Source: Macrostomum hystrix (lineage: Eukaryota; Animalia; Platyhelminthes). Taken from it: DNA of 64,000 nt. Shown here one piece after another: positions 38,701-51,900 of the stretch. The notes beneath the pieces are model-generated. The model saw only the letters and a program-made list of their open reading frames with translations, made no database searches and was not told the origin of the DNA. Both the position numbers and the translations under genes were made by a program. Each line of letters starts with the position of its first letter. Within the stretch, counting starts at the first letter, position 1. The DNA lies in NCBI GenBank assembly GCA_950097015.1, contig CATNEN010000003.1, positions 13,702,001 to 13,766,000 of the forward strand, written 5' to 3'.

Positions 38701-41700
38701 ATCAAACTGATTTCCAGTCACAGACCTGTAGAGCGACTTCAACCAATGGTTCCAGACTATCGTTAAACATCAGATGATTGTAGGGCACGCCATAGCCAAT
38801 AGGATCATAGGCACAGACGGTGTTCAATAAAGAAGTGAACAAAGGCAAGGCGTGCCGATTTTCGGTGCTAGTAAAATAGGCGATCCATCGATTAGGCTGC
38901 GTATGGGCCTCGCTACTAGGCAGGTACATTGTCTCCGAGAAACAGGTGAGCAATAGTTTTAGAATCTCAGTTCTGTGACTATCGTAGATAGCGTTGCGAA
39001 CCGGGTTGCTAGCGAAGCCAACACCTGCCTGCCAGATGTACTCGCAACTGTCTATGGTGTTAAGATCCTCCGGATTGTCCTGCGAATGCGTGTAGAGAGA
39101 TCTGGAGTTGAAATCCCAGCATGAGCTGGGGTAGAATTCTGGGTGGATTTTCACAGTGAGAGTGTACACTGACTGACGATGAGAAAGTCAGGGCAGATGT
39201 ACATACCTGTTTTAAGTGGATCATTTTTAATTGGTCATTATCATAAAGGCTTAAATTAAAGTCACTATTGATATACTGAGGTCAAAACTTTGAAAAAATA
39301 CCTAATTGATTTACTCCGACTCACTACATGCTACTTACCCGCTAATCTAAAGTAGTGTATTACAAACCGATAAATATTGACTTTTTTAACAATAGAAAAA
39401 TGAGACCGAGAGAAAAAAAAAGTCAAGTAAAACGCAGAATAACGAAACACTAAATATTAGACCAACATTGCATATGAGAACAAAAAAGCATTGCAAAAAT
39501 AACTTCTGAAGTCCGTGTTACCAATAAATTGCTTAAACAATTAAAAAAACCATGTCGCCTTACAAGATTAGGATGAGCACATGCCTAAGGAATAGAAAAA
39601 TATAAGTCTAAATTCTCTTTTTCAACACAAAAATCATACGTAATCTTTTCTTACAGAAGTGAAAAAAGATGGAAAAAGAAAAAAAATAGTAACTTACAGG
39701 GCCGGCTTTCTTAGCAGACAGGACAGTGAAGTCCGGACAGAATAGCAAATCCTAGAATTATGAATTTGATTTTACATATAATTTAGAATCTGTGCGAAAC
39801 TAAAAATTATTAAGGTAAATAAATCTGAACTTACACAGAGAGCGGCAACCAAAGTTTGAGCTAGTGGCGGACAATTGGCCTAAAAAACAGTTTTAGAAAA
39901 TATTATTTATATTTTATTTTATAAATGCTAAGATCAATCTAAAAATCAATCAGCATTATTATAAACCCCTAATTTAAAACTGGAGCTTTTCCTAACACTG
40001 AATTCAACACATTAGTTCCCGATTCAAAACAGGAATTTTCCCTTATCCTAAATTTAGGACAGACATTCTTCCTAATCCCTAATTAAAGACAGGCATTCTC
40101 CCTAAACCCTAATTTAGGACAGGCATTCTCCCTAATCCCCAGTTTAGGAAAGGCATTCTCCTAATCCCCAATTAAAGACAGGCATTCTCCCTAATTCTAA
40201 ATTAAAGACAGGCATTCTCCCTAATCCCCAGTTTAGGAAAGGCATTCTCCTAATCCCCAATTAAAGACAGGCATTCTCCCTAATCCCAAATTAAAGACAG
40301 GCATTCTCCCTAATCCCCAGTTTAGGAAAGGCATTCTCCTAATCCCCAATTAAAGACAGGCATTCTCCCTAATCCCAAATTAAAGACAGGCATTCTCCCT
40401 AATCCCCAGTTTAGGAAAGGCATTCTCCTAATCCCCAATTAAAGACAGGCATTCTCCTAAATCCCAAATTAAAGACAGGCATTCTCCCTAATCCCAAATA
40501 AAAGACAGGCATTCTCCCTAATCCCAAATTAAAGACAGGCATTCTCTCTAATCCCAAATTAAAGACAGGCATTCTCCCTAATCCCCAATTAAAGACAGGC
40601 ATTCTCCTAAATCCCAAATTAAAGACAGGCATTCTCTCTAATCCCCAATTAAAGACAGGCATTCTCTCTAATCCCAAATTAAAGACAGGCATTCTCTCTA
40701 ATCCCCAATTAAAGACATGCATTCTCCCTAATCCCCAATTAAAGACAGACAATCTCCCTAATCCTAAATTAAAGACAGGCATTCTCCCTAATCCCAAATT
40801 AAAGACAGGCATTCTCCCTAATCCCAAATTAAAGAGAGGCATTCTCCCTAATCCCAAATTAAAGACAGGCATTCTCCCTAATCCCAAATTAAAGACAGGC
40901 ATTCTCCCTAATCCCAAATTAAAGACAGGCATTCTTTCTAATTCAAAATTTAAATAGTAATTGTTTTACAAATAATTTCAACAAAAGAACATTCATTATT
41001 CTTCCAGGACCCAGATGACTGTTTAGAACAATGGTCTCACCTCGTCGCGTTCTCCGCCCTGATGCTGCGGACTCCAGAAGAATGTGATCCAGTCCGGCTC
41101 CTCGAAGATGTAGGGAAGTATGCGAGTTAGCAGACGGATGCAGTTCAGGGCTGCGGAACAGTTGCGAAACAAGTTGCGAAAGATAAATTAGCACTGAATA
41201 TGTCATTTTTTGTATTTATATCTAGGTCTGTCTCTGAATCTCACCTGAATCTGCCCACAAAGAATCTGAATCTCACCTGAATCTGCCCCTATGGAATCTA
41301 AATACCACCTAAATTTACTCCCCATAGAATCTAAATACCACCTAAATCTATCCCCATAGAATCTAAATACCACCTAAATCTATCGCCATAGAATCTAAAT
41401 ACCACCTAAATCTACCCCCATAGAATCTAAATACCACCTAAATCTATCCCCATAGAATCTAAATACCACCTAAATCTATCCCCATAGAATCTAAATACCA
41501 CCTAAATCTATCCCCATAGAATCTAAATACCACCTAAATCTATCCCCATAGAATCTAAATACCACCTAAATTTGCCCCCATAGAATCTAAATACCACCTA
41601 AATTTACCCCCCCCCTTAGAATCTACATACCACCTAAATTAACCCCCAATAGAATCTAAATACCACCTAAATTTACCCCCCATAGAATCTAAATACCACC

Positions 41701-44700
41701 TAAATTAACCCCCAATAGAATCTAAATACCACCTAAATTTACCCCAATAGAATCTAAATACCACCTAAATTTACCCCAATAGAATCTAAATACCACCTAA
41801 ATCTATCCCCATAGAATCTAAATACCACCTAAATCTATCCCCATAGAATCTAAATACCACCTAAATATATCCCAAAGAATCTAAATACCACCTAAATATA
41901 CCCCCATAGAATCTAAATACCACCTAAATATATCCCCATAGAATCTAAATACCACCTAAATATATCCCATAGAATCTAAATACTACCTAAATATACCCCC
42001 ATAGAATCTAAATACTACCTAAATATATCCCCATAGAATCTAAATACTACCTAAATATATACCCATAGAATCTAAATACCACCTAAATCTATCCCCATAG
42101 AATCTAAATACCACCTAAATATACCCCCATAGAATCTAAATACCACCCAAATATATCCCATAGAATCTAAATACTACCTAAATATACCCCCATAGAATCT
42201 AAATACTACCTAAATATACCCCCATAGAATCTAAATACTACCTAAATCTATCCCCATAGAATCTAAATACCACCTAAATCTATCCCCATAGAATCTAAAT
42301 ACCACCTAAATCTACCCCCATAGAATCTAAATACCACCTAAATCTATCCCCATAGAATCTAAATACCACCTAAATCTATCCCCATAGAATCTAAATACCA
42401 CCTAAATCTATCCCCATAGAATCTAAATACCACCTAAATCTATCCCCATAGAATCTAAATACCACCTAAATTTGCCCCCATAGAATCTAAATACCACCTA
42501 AATTTACCCCCCCTTAGAATCTACATACCACCTAAATTAACCCCCAATAGAATCTAAATACCACCTAAATTTACCCCCCATAGAATCTAAATACCACCTA
42601 AATTAACCCCCAATAGAATCTAAATACCACCTAAATTTACCCCAATAGAATCTAAATACCACCTAAATTTACCCCAATAGAATCTAAATACCACCTAAAT
42701 CTATCCCCATAGAATCTAAATACCACCTAAATCTATCCCCATAGAATCTAAATACCACCTAAATATACCCCCATAGAATCTAAATACCACCTAAATGTAT
42801 CCCATAGAATCTAAATACTACCTAAATATACCCCCATAGAATCTAAATACTACCTAAATATATCCCCATAGAATCTAAATACTACCTAAATATATCCCTA
42901 TAGAATCTAAATACCACCTAAATATATCCCATAGAATCTAAATACCACCTAAATATACCCCCATATAATCTAAATACTACCTAAATATATCCCCATAGAA
43001 TCTAAATACCACCTAAATATATCCCCATAGAATCTAAATACCACCTAAATTTACCTCCCATAGAATCTAAATACCACCTAAATATATCCCATAGAATCTA
43101 AATACCACCTAAATATACCCCCATAGAATCTAAATACCACCTAAATCTATCCCCATAGAATCTAAATACCACCTAAATATATCCCATAGAATCTAAATAC
43201 TACCTAAATATACCCCCATAGAATCTAAATACTACCTAAATATATCCCCATAGAATCTAAATACTACCTAAATATATACCCATAGAATCTAAATACCACC
43301 TAAATCTATCCCCATAGAATCTAAATACCACCTAAATATACCCCCATAGAATCTAAATACCACCTAAATATATCCCATAGAATCTAAATACTACCTAAAT
43401 ATACCCCCATAGAATCTAAATACTACCTAAATATATCCCCATAGAATCTAAATACTACCTAAATATATCCCCATAGAATCTAAATACCACCTAAATCTAT
43501 CCCCATAGAATCTAAATACCACCTAAATTTACCCCCCATAGAATCTAAATACCACCTAAATCTATCCCCATAGAATCTAAATACCACCTAAATTTACCCC
43601 CATAGAATCTAAATACCACCTAAATCTATCCCCATAGAATCTAAATACCACCTAAATTTACCCCCTATAAAATCTAAATACCACCTAAATCTATCCCCAT
43701 AGAATCTAAATACCACCTAAATCTATCCCCATAGAATATAAATACCACCTAAATTTACCCACAAAGAATTAGAATCTCACCTGAATCTACCCCAATCAAT
43801 TAGAATCTCACCTAAATTGAATCTACCCCACAGAATCTAGATCTCTCCTAAATCTACAACCAGAGAATCTAAATCTTACCTTAATCTCACCTGAACCTAG
43901 TCTCTAAAAATCGAAATCTCGCCTGAGTTCAAAAGAAGACACACAGAGAGAATTCGAAGATAAAGCCAAATAAATTTTAGCCCCACAGACTAACCTGTCT
44001 GCTGCTCCTTTTGTGTGTGATAAGAAGTCTCAGCAATGCTGACCAGTTTCTCCACAGCCTTATAGCACAGAGTGGCCAAATTTGATGGCGACTCTTCGCG
44101 TAGAGCACGAATTTCGGCAGCGGGTATTAGGATAAAGATATCCTGCATGGTGGTCTCAAACTCGCTCCAGAATTGATCCCAGAAGTCATTGTCTGCTGCT
44201 TCTACAGGCTATGAAATTTATATTAATGAGATGGATTTCTTTGTAAGCTCTGTTTAAAAACGAATTTTCTATTAGCATTAGTTATGGTTACTGTATTACT
44301 CATTACTTTACTACAAACATGAAGTAAATAAATGTATACATAAATAAAACTTTACATTTAAATTACGAATGTATATATAGCATTAAGCATTATCTTAGAG
44401 TTGCTTGCAAGGATAATTTTTAAAGTACACTGCACATGTCCATGGACTTAGGGTAAAAACTCCAATAGCATCAGCCTAGATTACGGCTACTAGCGGAATT
44501 GGAGTTAGAATGCGCATATTGCAGCAAATAAGTTATTCCTTGTTATTTATTGGACTAATTTAATTTTATCTGAAATCCTAGACCTACTATGGTCAAATTT
44601 TTCCAATGGGTGTGGTATAAGTCACATAGATTTTTACTTTTTATTATTTCACATTGACTGCTTAGTTAGGAATTAGCAAGTTATAAGGGTCCTACAGGCT

Positions 44701-47067
44701 GCAGTAATTCCAACATTGAAAATTTTGTCTGTATATGCAATTCTATCAAATTTGTAATATTATTAAATGCAATGAATATTGTCCATTGTAGTGGAGCCCT
44801 ATTGGAATATCTGCAAAATCAAGCAGATGTGCAACAGGGCAGGGATGGGACAAATAATCTGATAATAAGTATTCCAATCAAATTTACCAAATTAATTGTT
44901 TTATAGAGCTCAATTTTCATTGCAACCAATCAAAGCAAAGATCTTTTAACTACTTATTCATTGCATAAAGTTTTACACATTTCAGATTTCTCAGGACCTA
45001 GTAAAACATAAAAGAATTTGTGGGAAATCAATGAAAAAAATGCTAAAACCTAGTCCCTAGCAACATAACATAAGCAAACTGACATGTGAAAATTTTGCAA
45101 ATTTGTAAGTACCAATAGTGCACACCTTACAAAAGTTTGTGATAGTTCTGGTGATTTCCAGAGCCTAAATAGGTAATCTCCTGAAAATGCTAACCAACTG
45201 CTCTTCAATGAATTGAACATAGGAATGTTCTAATGTGGTACCTTATCATTAAATAACATTGTCAATGAACTAAAGCCTGTTTACATGTATAAACATTTTT
45301 ATTTCTATTTCTATATAAATAAATATATATTTGCTTCTCTTACAAACAAACTTATAACTTATGCATGACAAATAAGATTAAGAAATATAGTTTCCTACAA
45401 AATTTTCAGTTTGTTAATAATCTATATGCAAAATATGAAGTATTAGAATCAGTTGCTCTTCATATTTATCACATCCAAACAACAGAGATAGACTTAGTGT
45501 GCAACAAGCCCCTTCATTTTACCAAGATATGCGACAAGCATTAACTAAGAATTGCACAAAAAATTAAAGAGATAGTAATGTAATTCTCTGAGTGTGACAA
45601 GTATGACATGTTTTAAAAAAAATACAATTGACAGGTGTCCCAAAAATGTCATGTATTCCAATAGGGTTGTGGAAAGCAATTTATTTAATCAAATAGTGCT
45701 GCAAATGAAAAAATGATGCAGATACAAAAAAGACTATACATACTTTAGTCTCAATCATGATAGCTATACACCATAAGAAATTCTTCATTTTATACCAAAT
45801 TATGCCAAGTACAAAACTAGCTACAAAGCTTACTGCCAAATTTAAATTCTAATCAAAAAAGGATGCCCAGAATTGAAAAAATGTGCAACATGGTAAGTTT
45901 GAATAGCATTTTAAACAATTGTTCAAAGTTATAACTAGAAAACATGAAAAAAACTAGAATTCTTTACATTGTGATTAAAAAGAAACAAAGAGCAAAATGT
46001 AAACAATTGATTAAATATATGGTAAGAAATTGTTTAAAAAATCTAAAAGTTACCTAAAGTTTGTTCATTTACTTTACGTTCGGATCCTAGACACTTCCTC
46101 ATCTTACAACTTTGTCATCTTACAACTTCGTCATCTACTTGGAAAGTAGGACACTATGTCATCCAGCCAATTGGCATGCTTTAAAGTTTGGTCAGTTCGT
46201 CATCTACTAATATAAATAACAAGCAATCAAGTTCGTCATCAATAAAGTGAGGGTGGGGTGGTGGGGCAGAGGTGTGAACATATTTCACACTCTAAATTGT
46301 AAAAAAGGTGTCAAAACTGATTTCATTAAGATCATTAACATTCATTAAAAGTTGAAAGATAGGTGCCAACACGATGTGAAGAGGGGTGGGGAAGGGTGGT
46401 TCTGTTCTAACTATGAAAACTTTTGTTTTATAGATGACAAAGTGTCCACAAGTCTAAGTCTCTTTGTCATCCACCCTCTGAGATATTGGACAGATTATCA
46501 TCTGGATGACGAAGTTATAAGATGACGAAGTGTCCAGGTACCCTTTACTCTATATCAGCATTGCACAAATTGTAACAAAAACTGTACTAATAAATGACTA
46601 CTTTCTAAATATATCCATACCTCTGCAACATAAATTTATGCAATTTTTTCTTTGACACTTTTGACACAAGCACCAGCACCATTTTGGCATTAAAATTTTA
46701 TGCCAGATATTTTTTTAGCTTAAACTACATGACCTGGACTATAGAACACATAAACATGTCAGAAATACTATTTAGCTTACAGTTTTACCCTATAAACGAT
46801 AAAAAGAAACAATGTTTCAGATGCCAAAGTGCCTCAAAAATCAAACTACAGTACAGGGCGTGTCATACAGTACAGTAGGCCTACATATTGAAATTTTTGC
46901 TTTACATTTAGTAGCTAGTTTTACTGGAAATTATGACAAGCAATAGCTTGCATAATTTTTATGACCAAAGAATATAAAAAAGCAAGTATGAGATTTTTTA
47001 CCTGTGTTCTTGTTGTGAGTTGAATCACAGCTTTTCTGTAGTTAAGCTTTGTGTTTTCATTTCCCAT
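32777..47067 (-). CDS. HID1: Protein HID1 (dymeclin/HID1 family, trans-Golgi dense-core vesicle biogenesis), 10 exons, about 866 aa
   Basis: Exons 47067-47002 (MGNENTKLNYRKAVIQLTTRTQ), 44208-43995 (FWDQFW..REESPSNLATLCYKAVEKL), 41150-41041 (NCIRLLTRILPYIFE), 39879-39835, 39751-39698 (DLLFCPDFTV), 39079-38726 (CEYIWQAGVG), 37358-36665, 35256-35002 (QYQFDGN), 34688-34103 and 32999-32777 (LLPVPHPILIRKYQ..PPIWYDTDVRLF). Total 2601 nt, in frame. Confidence 0.96.
33050..33990. repeat. 20-bp minisatellite (HID1 last intron)
   Basis: Units tgtacatcctgacctattaa and actgatgatcatcttgacct. The unique tail cccataatgaacattctaaaccc is duplicated about 288 bp apart. Confidence 0.9.
34720..34930. repeat. ~24-bp minisatellite (HID1 intron)
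   Basis: Unit taatgggatctggagtatgtatta. Confidence 0.75.
35390..36610. repeat. 21-bp purine-rich minisatellite (HID1 intron)
   Basis: Unit gatggatcagggaaaagatag. Confidence 0.95.
37475..38645. repeat. 45-bp minisatellite (HID1 intron)
   Basis: Unit ccattacccagttctagattacaggtaaaattatagaatctttat. Confidence 0.95.
39152..39210 (+). mobile_element. SINE-like family B fragment in a HID1 intron
   Basis: cacagtgagagtgtacactgactgacgatgagaaagtcaggg is nearly identical to the reverse complement of 62443-62484. Confidence 0.55.
40060..40940. repeat. 30-bp minisatellite (HID1 intron)
   Basis: Unit aaagacaggcattctccctaatcccaaatt. Confidence 0.95.
41235..43800. repeat. ~32-bp minisatellite, 2.5 kb (HID1 intron)
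   Basis: Unit atagaatctaaataccacctaaatctatcccc. Confidence 0.96.
46081..46543. mobile_element. Non-autonomous DNA transposon (MITE) with ~39-bp imperfect TIRs and subterminal gtcatc repeats
   Basis: Left end cggatcctagacacttcctcatcttacaactttgtcatc; reverse complement of right end gggtacctggacacttcgtcatcttataacttcgtcatc. No ORF. No clear TSD identified. Confidence 0.7.
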
Positions 47068-47540
47068 TTTCGATCTATGAAATCGTTAAAAATTTAATTA
47101 AATACAGAACTTTTGTGTTCATAAAATGTGAAGGAGGAGAGGAATTTTTCTAAATCGTTAAAATGGCTAGCCTAATGTATTTGTTGCAGAAAATAATAAT
47201 TACTTTCGCTGCTACTCGCTCGCTATCGAATTCCGTCTTGTTATTGCCAAAAAGTTAAAATCAGGCGTCAGATAATTTTCCTAGAACTTGTTTAAAAAGT
47301 GGTAAGAATAACAAAACAGTTTATAAACGAGTTGTTCTTGACGTTTTAAGAAATAAACGTAGTGGGCCTAATATAAAGTGCACTTATAGGAAACCAAGTA
47401 ACTTACTCAGTACTATGTTAATATATTTTGCGTTATTTGCACGGAAGTGTTATGTTTTTTCTGTGTCTTAGCTAGTATAATAGTACTAAATTAAGATAAG
47501 GCCAGTAAATTATCATTTAAAAATTCAGTGCAAGGACAAG

Positions 47541-47910
47541 GGGGTGAGTGGCAGAGCGGTCTAACGCGTTTGCTTCTCGCAACAAGGTTCCTATATAAGC
47601 AGGATTTTGAAATATTCGACGGAGAGAAGGCTTGTGGGATTATCATGCAATTAACGCGCTTATCAATCCCACCAAAGACAAGACATTTGATACTACAGTC
47701 CTTGCTCCAAGGCACAGGGAAAGTGTACACTTGCCTGACAACCAGAAAGTCAGGGCACACCAACCTGTGCAGTGATATGATCGCGTATGCCTGCGAACGG
47801 TATCTCAAGGACTCGGAGAGTACAGTAAACACTCATTGTGGTCCTTGCAGTATCCACAAGAGTGCGTGTACGGGTGCTCTGGAGTCAGCGAAATGGGCAG
47901 AATTTCCTTC
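47541..47910 (+). mobile_element. Second SINE-like family (B), between HID1 and the LMTK-like gene
   Basis: tRNA-like head gtggcagagcggtctaacgcg. Shares ccaaggcacag.ga.agtgtacact.gcctgac..agaaagtcaggg and gtgctc.ggagtcagcgaaatgggcagaatt with the reverse complement of 62346-62600. Confidence 0.6.
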
Positions 47911-48953
47911 TGTAATTATAATTAGTTTAATTTTGGTTCAAGAACTAACCACCCTAACTAATGCGCTTAGCCTAAGTATAATAATTTAGGCAGCTGAATG
48001 TTTATTTCTAAGCATTGTCTTATCACTTGAACTGTTTACGTAAATTGGAAAATAAATCTAGGTAATAAAAGTAAACTTTAGCAGTTATTTAAAATAAAAG
48101 AAGATTATCAATCCTGCTTTAAAGCTGTGTACAAGAATTTGAATAATTTTTCTAGCTGTTAAAACGCTATACTGCGAAACAAATGTGTTAAATATTTAAA
48201 CATGAGCATTTTCAAAGAAAAGCAAAAACCACGAAAACTGCAGTATCCGCCAGTATGTTATAATTCGAGATCTGTATGATGTTGCAAACCTTCTTCATGC
48301 ATTATAACTGATTTTATTATAGCTGATTATACTTATCTGTATAAAATAGTACAATCTTAAGATTTTCTTAGATTTGTCTCATATAAAAAATAATTGGCAA
48401 TGTCCAACTTGTAATTTGAACAATGTTTATATCTATTATAGGTCAGCAAAATTAGAAAATCTTAATTAAAAGTAGTTCATGCATACCTATGTATCTAAAA
48501 ATGATCCTCACAGAGTTATTATACCTATTACGGTTTCTCTTACAAGCTTGAGCATAAATGGCCAATTGGGTTTGTAGTGTTTAATTTGAAGTTTTTTATC
48601 ACATACTTAATCAGTATATAAAGTTTTGTGAATGAATTTTAAATATTATCTAATTATCAAGAGAACTTGAAAGAACATATATAATCTTAATATATTATAT
48701 TACCGATGTAGAAAGAGCAAATAAAACATTGAATATGTTAGTTATAGAAAGTAAAATACTATTTCTCAAATGGAAAACTGATTTTCAATGGGCCTTCTAA
48801 TACGAGTAACAGGCAGTTGTTTCTGCCATATTATTGCTTTGCTAAATTTTGTAACATTTTAAATTAACTATTTTTAGCAACTTTTTTGATGATACAAATT
48901 TTAACTATCATTTCAGCTCAAATAAATCAAGTGTTAAACTGCAAAAAACTGGG

Positions 48954-51900
48954 ATGATTACAAACATATCTGACAGTGCTAGTCTATCAATTGTATTGAC
49001 ATTAGTGGCTTTTGCATGCATCTGCTTAGTTGGTCTGCTCATTTTTCAATGCACATCTTGCTGCTCACAGACAGATTTGTACAAGGTTTGTCGAAACTTT
49101 TTGTGATTTAACATTGAACGTATGCAGATTCTAAATATATTTCTTGTTTTCTTTTTAGAACTTTGTACTGGAAGGTGAATTTAATCAGAGCACAGAGTCT
49201 CATGTTGCCTCCGTTGGAGCATATTCGAATGATCCTGGTCGAACCATGGCTGAATTTGGTATGCTACCGCCGCCAAACGAGGCATCAATGTCCATAACTG
49301 ATGAAACTATTCGACCGAGCAGTAGCTCATTCAACGACCTGGCTGCTATTGTTCAGCAGAAGCCAGAAAATTTTCTGCGACCAAGAATTCGACTGCGTTT
49401 TGAATTACTGCCAAAATCGTCCGGTGTTATTTTGTGTTAGTTAATATCAATGCAACTAATATTTTTCCAGTTTTTAGAAAGTCGATAACTCGATCGATAA
49501 TTGAGATAACTCAATCTTTAATCGATAACTTGATCGATAATTGAGATAACTCAATCTTTAATCGATAACTCGATCGATAATTGAGATAACTCAATCTTTA
49601 ATCGATAGCTCGATCGATATTTTGATTATCGATAACTCGATGTTCGATCATGTTCAGCGTCAAAAGATATTCTCATTTTCATCACCCTAATCTGCAGTTC
49701 CTAATCTGCTCCATATGGATCGAAAGCATTTGTTCTTCCTGAGCGAACTTGGCCAAGCCTGGTTTGGTCCAGTCATCGATGCCGAGTGCAATCGCTACGG
49801 CGAGACGCTCCGTTCCAAAGTGATTGTTCGACTATTGTCCAATAAAGCTTCCGTTGATTTGGCCGAAAAAGATCGTTTGCACTTTTTGGCAGATATTCAA
49901 GCCTATAAAGAATGCGTCGATCCTTGCGTGCTGAAACTATTGGGATTGTGTACAACAGCTGACCCCTATCTGGCCGTCATGGAGGCCACCTTGGTTAGTA
50001 GTATTGCTATAAAAATCATTCAATCATTATAATGATAGGTATTATTGAAATCACGGAAAATGTATTTTGGTCCTAGTCCCTACTAACTTATCTCAATTTC
50101 TCCCCTGTCTCATCTCTCCCCTGTCTCTACTCCCCCCTGTCTCTACTCTCCCCTGTCCCTACTCTCCCCTGTCTCATCCCTCCCCTGTCTCATCTCTCCC
50201 CTGTCTCATCTCTCCCCTGTCTTATCTCTCCCCAGTTTCAACTCTCCCCTGTCTCATCTCTCACCTGTCTCTACCCCCCTGTCTCTACTCTCCCCTGTCT
50301 CATCTCTCCCCTGTCTCATCTCTCACCTGTCTCTACCCCCCTGTCTCTACTCTTCCCTGTCTCATTTCTCCCTGTCTCATCTCTCCCCTGTCTTATCTCT
50401 CCCCAGTTTCATCTCTCCCGTCTCATCTCTCCCCTGTCTCATCAATCCCCTGTCTCATTTCTCCATGTCTTATCTCTCCCCTGTCTCATCTCTCCCCTGT
50501 CTTATCTCTCCCCAGTTTCATCTCTCCCCTGTCTCATCTCTTACCTGTCTCATCTCTCACCTGTCTCATCTCTCCCCTGTCTCATCTCTCCCCTGTTTCA
50601 TCTCTCCCCTGTCTCATTTCTCCCCTGTCTCATCTCTCCCCTGTCTCATCTCTCACCTGTCTCATCTCTCCCCTGTCTCATCTCTCCCCTGTCTCATGTA
50701 TCCGAAGAACTGCAGTCTTTGTTTGGCTACATGAATAAATCAGCGACTTAGTAAGGAAGTTATCTTTCGTTTCGTTAACCAATCCAGACTGATCTGAAGA
50801 CCTATTTGCGCTCGCTTCTCACCGACGGCGGTCACCGTTCGCTCGAGGACTCGCTGACACTCAAATTCGCTTCTCAAGCCTGCCGCGGCCTGGCTGTGCT
50901 GCACGAGAAAGGCTTCGTCTATCAGGATATTGGAGCTAGGAATTGTCGACTGACGGAGTCTCTGGTGCTGAAGATTGGCGATTACGGCTGTACAGAAACG
51001 GAGCACAGTGTTGGTGGATTAATTGACTCATGAACAAGATTATTGTTTCAGATTTTTAGATCCGAAGGATCTTTTAGACCATTAGCTTCGAGATCGTGAA
51101 CTCCCTTATCCTCAGTAAAATTATACGAACTCTCACCGCCCCAGGTCTATCATCTCATCTGGGGCGTAACTAACTCAGGTTATATTTCCCAAATCCCAAG
51201 ATCCTCAGGTTAGGATTCCTAAATCATAAGTTCTTCAGATTAGGATTTCCAATTCCCTAGATCCTCAGGTAAGGATTCCCAAATCCCTAGATCCTCTGGT
51301 TGCGATTCCCAAATCAATAGATCCTCAGGTTAGGATTCCCCAAATCTCTCACATTAGGATTCCTAAATCTCCCAGATTTGGATTCCCCGAATCTCCCAGA
51401 ATATGATTCCCCAAATCTCCCAGATTAGGATTCCCCAAATCTCCCAGATTAGGATTCCCCAAATCTCCCAGATTAGGATTCCCCAAATCTTTCAGATTAT
51501 GATTCCCCAAATCTCTCAGATTAGGATTCCCCAAATCTCCCAGATTAGGATTCCCCAAATCTTTCAGATTATGATTCCCCAAATCTCTCAGATTAGGAAT
51601 CCCCAAATCTCCCAGATTAGGATTCCCCAAATCTCCCAGATTAGGAATCCCCAAATCTCTCACATTAGGATTCCCCAAATCTTTCAGATTAGGATTCCCC
51701 AAATCTCTCAGATTAGGAATCCCCAAATCTCCCAGATTAGGATTCCCCAAATCTACCAGATTATGGTTCCCCAAATCTCCTAGATTAGGAATCCCCAAAT
51801 CTCCCAGATTAGGATTCCCCAAATCTCTCAGATTAGGAATCCCCAAATCTCCCAGATTAGGAATCCCCAAATCTCCCAGATTAGGATTCCCCAAATCTCC

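Noticed and set aside
47528-47989. 153-aa ORF between HID1 and the LMTK-like gene
   Set aside because: GTG start, no recognisable domain, and it overlaps SINE-like family B sequence.
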